Shown here in pieces: positions 60,573-64,000 of a stretch of 64,000 nucleotides of DNA. The position numbers and the translations under genes were made by a program. The notes under the pieces were generated by a model. It did not search any database. It was given only the letters and a program-made list of their open reading frames with translations, and was not told the DNA's origin. The DNA is from Candidatus Bathyarchaeota archaeon. GTDB taxonomy: Archaea; Thermoproteota; Bathyarchaeia; Bathyarchaeales; Bathycorpusculaceae. The first letter of the stretch is position 1, and each line of letters begins with the position of its first letter. The stretch covers positions 256,001-320,000 of the forward strand of contig CAWHDT010000001.1 in the NCBI GenBank assembly GCA_963828195.1, given 5' to 3'.

Positions 60573-61658
60573 ATGTCGCTATTTAATTTAAACCCAAAAG
60601 ATTCGCCTAAACAGCTTTTTGGAAGAGAGAACGAACTTGATGATCTAGTTCGGATGCTTAAAGCAAGGCGATGGGTCGCCGTTTTAGGTCCAAGAATGGT
60701 CGGCAAAACAAGCCTGCTCAAAGCTGCTACTCCGATACTGACGAAAGAGAAAATAAAAGTGGTTTATGTTAATTTGTGGGGTGCAAAAGGAACTGATGAC
60801 TTCTTAAAGGCGTTAGCTCGAGCGCTCAATGAAGAGAAAAACACAATTAACAAAATCAAGGACATAAAAATCGAAGGTGCAAGCTTCGGATCAGGTGGCA
60901 TAAGTATAACTCTTTCAAAAAGACCGATGGCGACAATATGGGATTTGCTTGGTGCTTTAGGAAGGCAAAAAGAAGATTACGTTATTGAGCTTGACGAAGT
61001 TCAAGAATTAGTTGCTATTTCTGGTCGTTTGCTTAGGATTTTGGCAAATCTGTTTAATACGTATTCAAACCTGACATTTGTATTTACTGGTTCGATATTT
61101 GGTCTGATGAAGACACTTCTTGAGCCTCAGTCTACATCGCCGCTCTACGGGCGTTCACCTGCAAAGTTGCAGCTATTGCCTTTCAACTCCGAATCTTCTA
61201 AACAATTCTTAAGAAAAGGCTTTGAACAATGCAGTAAACCCGCGTTAGAAGATGAAATTACTAATGCTGTGGAACGATTAGACGGTATCCCCGGCTGGCT
61301 AACTCTTTACGGAAACAAAATGTGTGTGCAACGCCTGTCTCATGAAAAAGCGCTTGAAGAAACTGCAACAGAAGCCTTTAGGATAGTTAATGATGAATTG
61401 GAGCATTTCTTTCAAAATAGAGATCGCCAAGCGTACCTTGCCGCACTCAAAGCATCAGCTACTTTTTCTAGTTGGACAGCAATAAAGGGTTCCGTTTCCT
61501 TGGCTAAGGGGTCAGTTGTAAACGACGCCACGGTCTTCAGGATTATAGAGAATCTTAAGGCTGGCATGTTGATTCAGGAGGAAAAAGGCGGTTACCGAGT
61601 TGGGGATCCAATGCTTAGGTCGCTGCTTCTCTCTTCTGCTGTTGCGGATGGGCTGTAA
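60573..61658 (+). CDS. Archaeal AAA+/STAND-like ATPase (ATPase_2 family) with C-terminal winged helix
   Basis: LFGRE.EL, GPRMVGKTSL, LDEVQ, FTGS, PLYGR, DGIPGWL, Y.V.DP. Confidence 0.88.
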   Translation: MSLFNLNPKDSPKQLFGRENELDDLVRMLKARRWVAVLGPRMVGKTSLLKAATPILTKEKIKVVYVNLWGAKGTDDFLKALARALNEEKNTINKIKDIKIEGASFGSGGISITLSKRPMATIWDLLGALGRQKEDYVIELDEVQELVAISGRLLRILANLFNTYSNLTFVFTGSIFGLMKTLLEPQSTSPLYGRSPAKLQLLPFNSESSKQFLRKGFEQCSKPALEDEITNAVERLDGIPGWLTLYGNKMCVQRLSHEKALEETATEAFRIVNDELEHFFQNRDRQAYLAALKASATFSSWTAIKGSVSLAKGSVVNDATVFRIIENLKAGMLIQEEKGGYRVGDPMLRSLLLSSAVADGL

Positions 61659-61695
61659 GTACTTACGTGACGTAAGTAACTTACGGGTCGTAAGT
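61655..61695. repeat. 2.5 ACTTAC-N5-GTAAGT palindromes, right of the ATPase gene
   Basis: GTAAGT ACTTACGTGACGTAAGT A ACTTACGGGTCGTAAGT; the first half-site contains the stop codon. Confidence 0.9.
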
Positions 61696-61702
61696 TCTAA
61701 GT

Positions 61703-61788
61703 AAAGCTCACGTATCGCGGCTGGAAAGTCCAAGTGGGACCACGCGACAGCGGCGAGATACCCCATACCCCATTGAAAAATCATAACT
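61703..61788 (+). repeat. Degenerate direct-repeat copy of the cdhE 3' end
   Basis: GCGGCTGGAAAGTCCAAGTGGGACCACGCGACAGCGGCGAGATACCC matches 60390-60436 with few mismatches. Confidence 0.88.
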
Positions 61789-61940
61789 GCGCTGTTTCGT
61801 TCTATGTTGACGATGTTGAATCATGTTTACGTATATTGGGCTCATCTAGCAGACCGGTGTGTAGGTTGTAGCGTCCACACGAACCGCCTCCTATAGACCT
61901 ACCTGCTATTTGCGCCAAAATTCAACCACAAAAAGCAGCC

Positions 61941-62044
61941 TAAGAAGAAGAAGAAAAAAACTTTCACAGAGCTTCTTCTTCTTTTAAAAAATGTTGCCAA
62001 GAAGAACAACATTTGAATTATAGGTGTTGTTGTTCTTTTAAAAA
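61941..62044 (+). repeat. Dispersed intergenic hairpin repeat, copy 3 (type A and type B hairpins)
   Basis: AAGAAGAAGAAG...CTTCTTCTTCTTTTAAAAA then GAAGAACAAC...GTTGTTGTTCTTTTAAAA. Confidence 0.8.
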
Positions 62045-62238
62045 TTAAAAATGATAACAAAACCAGCCACGAAAAGCGCTTCCCTCACCTGTTTATTTGG
62101 TATTTTTCCCAGCCTTATTCTTCATTTCATTAAGGCTTAAACATGTTAAAATCTCCATGCTTTTTAGCTAAATATGTACTAAAAGCTGATAAAGCAGTAT
62201 TTCACTTCATCCCCCTTTACTGCGAGGGGAAACCGAAA

Positions 62239-63720
62239 ATGGGGTGCGGTATCTTTGGCGTAATAAATTATGAAAATCAACCTGTTTTTCCGTATGTTTA
62301 CTGGGGTCTCCGAGCCCAAAACCATCGGGGTCACCAATCACACGGTTTTCTTACTTTTAGCGACAAGCAATTTTTTGTTTACAAGAACTTGGATTTGGTT
62401 CCTAAAATAAAAACTGATGCCCTGCATGACTGGTTCAGTCGGCTTCCAGGCTCAATCGGCATCGGCAACGTGCGGTACACCACGTCGGGCAAATGCGATG
62501 ATGCCTCGCTGATCAAGGGCACACAGCCAGTAACCGCCTCAGAAAAAGGAATAAACCTTGCGCTCTCATTTAACGGCAACATAGTCAACACGTCGCCGCT
62601 GAAGAAAGAGATGACTGAAAACTTCCAAAACTTCCAGTACGGTTGCGACTCAGACTTAGTAGCTCATAAACTGCTTCTTGGACTTAAGCAGGGCAAAGAC
62701 TTAGCATCCGCCGTCCGCGCCGTCATGGAAAGCTTAGATGGAGCATTCTCAGTCACAGGCATAACTGGAAACGGCGACTTTTTCGCCTTCAAAGACCCAC
62801 TTGGAATAAAACCGCTTTGTGCAGGACACGACCCTGCTGGGAAAACCTACGCTTTTTCCTCCGAAACCGTAAGCTTGGACATGAACAGCTTCGTAAGAGA
62901 CTTCGAATTGAAACCAGGCGAACTGGTCACGGTTTCAAAAGACGGCTTCAAACGCACCCAAATCATCCCGAACCCCCGCCAAGCCTTCTGCGCCTTCGAA
63001 TACGCTTATTTCGCTAGGCCCGATTCGAGGTTCAACGGTAAATACGTCTACGAAATACGCGAGGACTTCGGAAGAAACATCGTGAAGGAGTACCCTGAAA
63101 TTGTGAAGGGCAGTGACATAATTTTGTCGGTGCCTGAAACGGGCGATGACCCCGCTATGGGCGTGCATGCGGCATCAGGCTTACGTTGGGAACGGGCGTC
63201 AAGGCGGCACCGCTACGTTACCGAGCGAGCCTTTATACTTCTAAATGCAGAGCGTTTTTCAACAATCGATAAGAAAATTAACATTTTAGGGTCCAAAGTT
63301 GCTGGAAAACGCGTCATAATAACCGAAGACAGCATAGTTAGAGGCGACACAACCAAAGTAATCATAGATAAGCTGCGTAAATCAGGCGCCAAAAAAGTTT
63401 ATGTTTTCGTTACTTTTCCACGGATTATCGGTCCATGCTTCTACGGGATTGATATGTCAACTTACGGGCAGCTTATCGGCTCAAGACACAATGAAGAGGA
63501 AATAGCTAAAATCATAGGTGCAGACGGTGTATGCTACCAATCCATTGAGGCGCTGATTCAGGCTACGGGTCAAACGGAAGACCAGCTATGTCTAGCCTGC
63601 ATAACAGGCAAGTACCCTACTCCCTGCGCACAAAAAATGGCGGACGCAATGAAGAAGAAATTCCTTGAAGGCTACGAAGAAAAAACAAGAATCTACGAGT
63701 CAACCGAAATTCAGCCATAA
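62239..63720 (+). CDS. purF: Amidophosphoribosyltransferase
   Basis: CGIFG, HRG, RYTTSG, NGNIVN, CAFEYAYFARPDS, DSIVRG, PCFYGID, CLACITGKYP; start at MGCG. Confidence 0.93.
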   Translation: MGCGIFGVINYENQPVFPYVYWGLRAQNHRGHQSHGFLTFSDKQFFVYKNLDLVPKIKTDALHDWFSRLPGSIGIGNVRYTTSGKCDDASLIKGTQPVTASEKGINLALSFNGNIVNTSPLKKEMTENFQNFQYGCDSDLVAHKLLLGLKQGKDLASAVRAVMESLDGAFSVTGITGNGDFFAFKDPLGIKPLCAGHDPAGKTYAFSSETVSLDMNSFVRDFELKPGELVTVSKDGFKRTQIIPNPRQAFCAFEYAYFARPDSRFNGKYVYEIREDFGRNIVKEYPEIVKGSDIILSVPETGDDPAMGVHAASGLRWERASRRHRYVTERAFILLNAERFSTIDKKINILGSKVAGKRVIITEDSIVRGDTTKVIIDKLRKSGAKKVYVFVTFPRIIGPCFYGIDMSTYGQLIGSRHNEEEIAKIIGADGVCYQSIEALIQATGQTEDQLCLACITGKYPTPCAQKMADAMKKKFLEGYEEKTRIYESTEIQP

Positions 63721-63779
63721 GGATTGAGCAAAGCAAATTAAGGATTCCTGAACTCTCTTAGCGTAACGGTGTATCTTTG

Positions 63780-64000
63780 ATGGAGAAAATAGGTGTACTT
63801 GTCGTTTCCTACGGCGCAAGAGAAGTCGCCATGGTTGACGCTCTTCTACAAAGCAAAAAATATCTAGTTGAGCTCTACATCGCCGACAAACAACGCAACC
63901 CTTTCAACGCTGAAAAAGCCACAAAACACGTCGTCATCCCAAATTTGGATGTTGAAGAAATCAGCAAGTTCGCCGAATCCAACAAGGATAAAATCGATTT
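63780..64000 (+). CDS. purD: Phosphoribosylamine--glycine ligase (3'-partial)
   Basis: MEKIGVLVVSYGAREVAMVDAL...RNP resembles the PurD N-terminus; follows purF. Confidence 0.75.
   Translation, partial: MEKIGVLVVSYGAREVAMVDALLQSKKYLVELYIADKQRNPFNAEKATKHVVIPNLDVEEISKFAESNKDKID

Noticed and set aside
60537-61695. Palindromic repeats as a possible CRISPR array
   Set aside because: Units are 17 bp and abut with no spacers; no cas genes are present.
168-63168. Numerous 60-185 aa ORFs antisense or out of frame within identified genes
   Set aside because: Shadow ORFs of well-supported genes with no family motifs.

Overview
Archaeal chromosome segment, most likely Bathyarchaeia (inferred from gene content: PQQ-propeller surface protein, TACK-type rpoP/RFC/translin, F420 genes, full CODH/ACS operon). 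The core genes are rfcS/rfcL, endonuclease V, translin, wyosine/tRNA modification (taw1, Trm5-like, trm112), rpoP (missed by the ORF track), sugar-nucleotide genes, guaA, cysE/cysK, argS, two deoxyhypusine synthase paralogs, a RLAN/RimK/GCS2 peptide-ligase cluster, cofE/cofC, a P-type H+-ATPase, a siroheme sulfite/nitrite reductase, cooC-cooC-cdhABCDE, purF and the start of purD. Five non-obvious signals stand out. (1) Two ~1.2 kb single-gene cassettes, each bracketed by the 3' half of tRNA-Leu(GAG) and a shared 38-bp tRNA-end-like site. (2) An ATPase-wHTH gene bounded exactly by ACTTAC-N5-GTAAGT palindromes and a duplication of the cdhE 3' end. (3) A passenger-carrying SWIM/IS6 element with TIRs and an 8-bp TSD. 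(4) A dispersed hairpin repeat family with compensatory base changes. (5) Four conserved Asp codons that all read GTC-AAC (Asn), pointing to a GTCGAC methylation or consensus-error signature. All alignments were done by eye and no database search was run.
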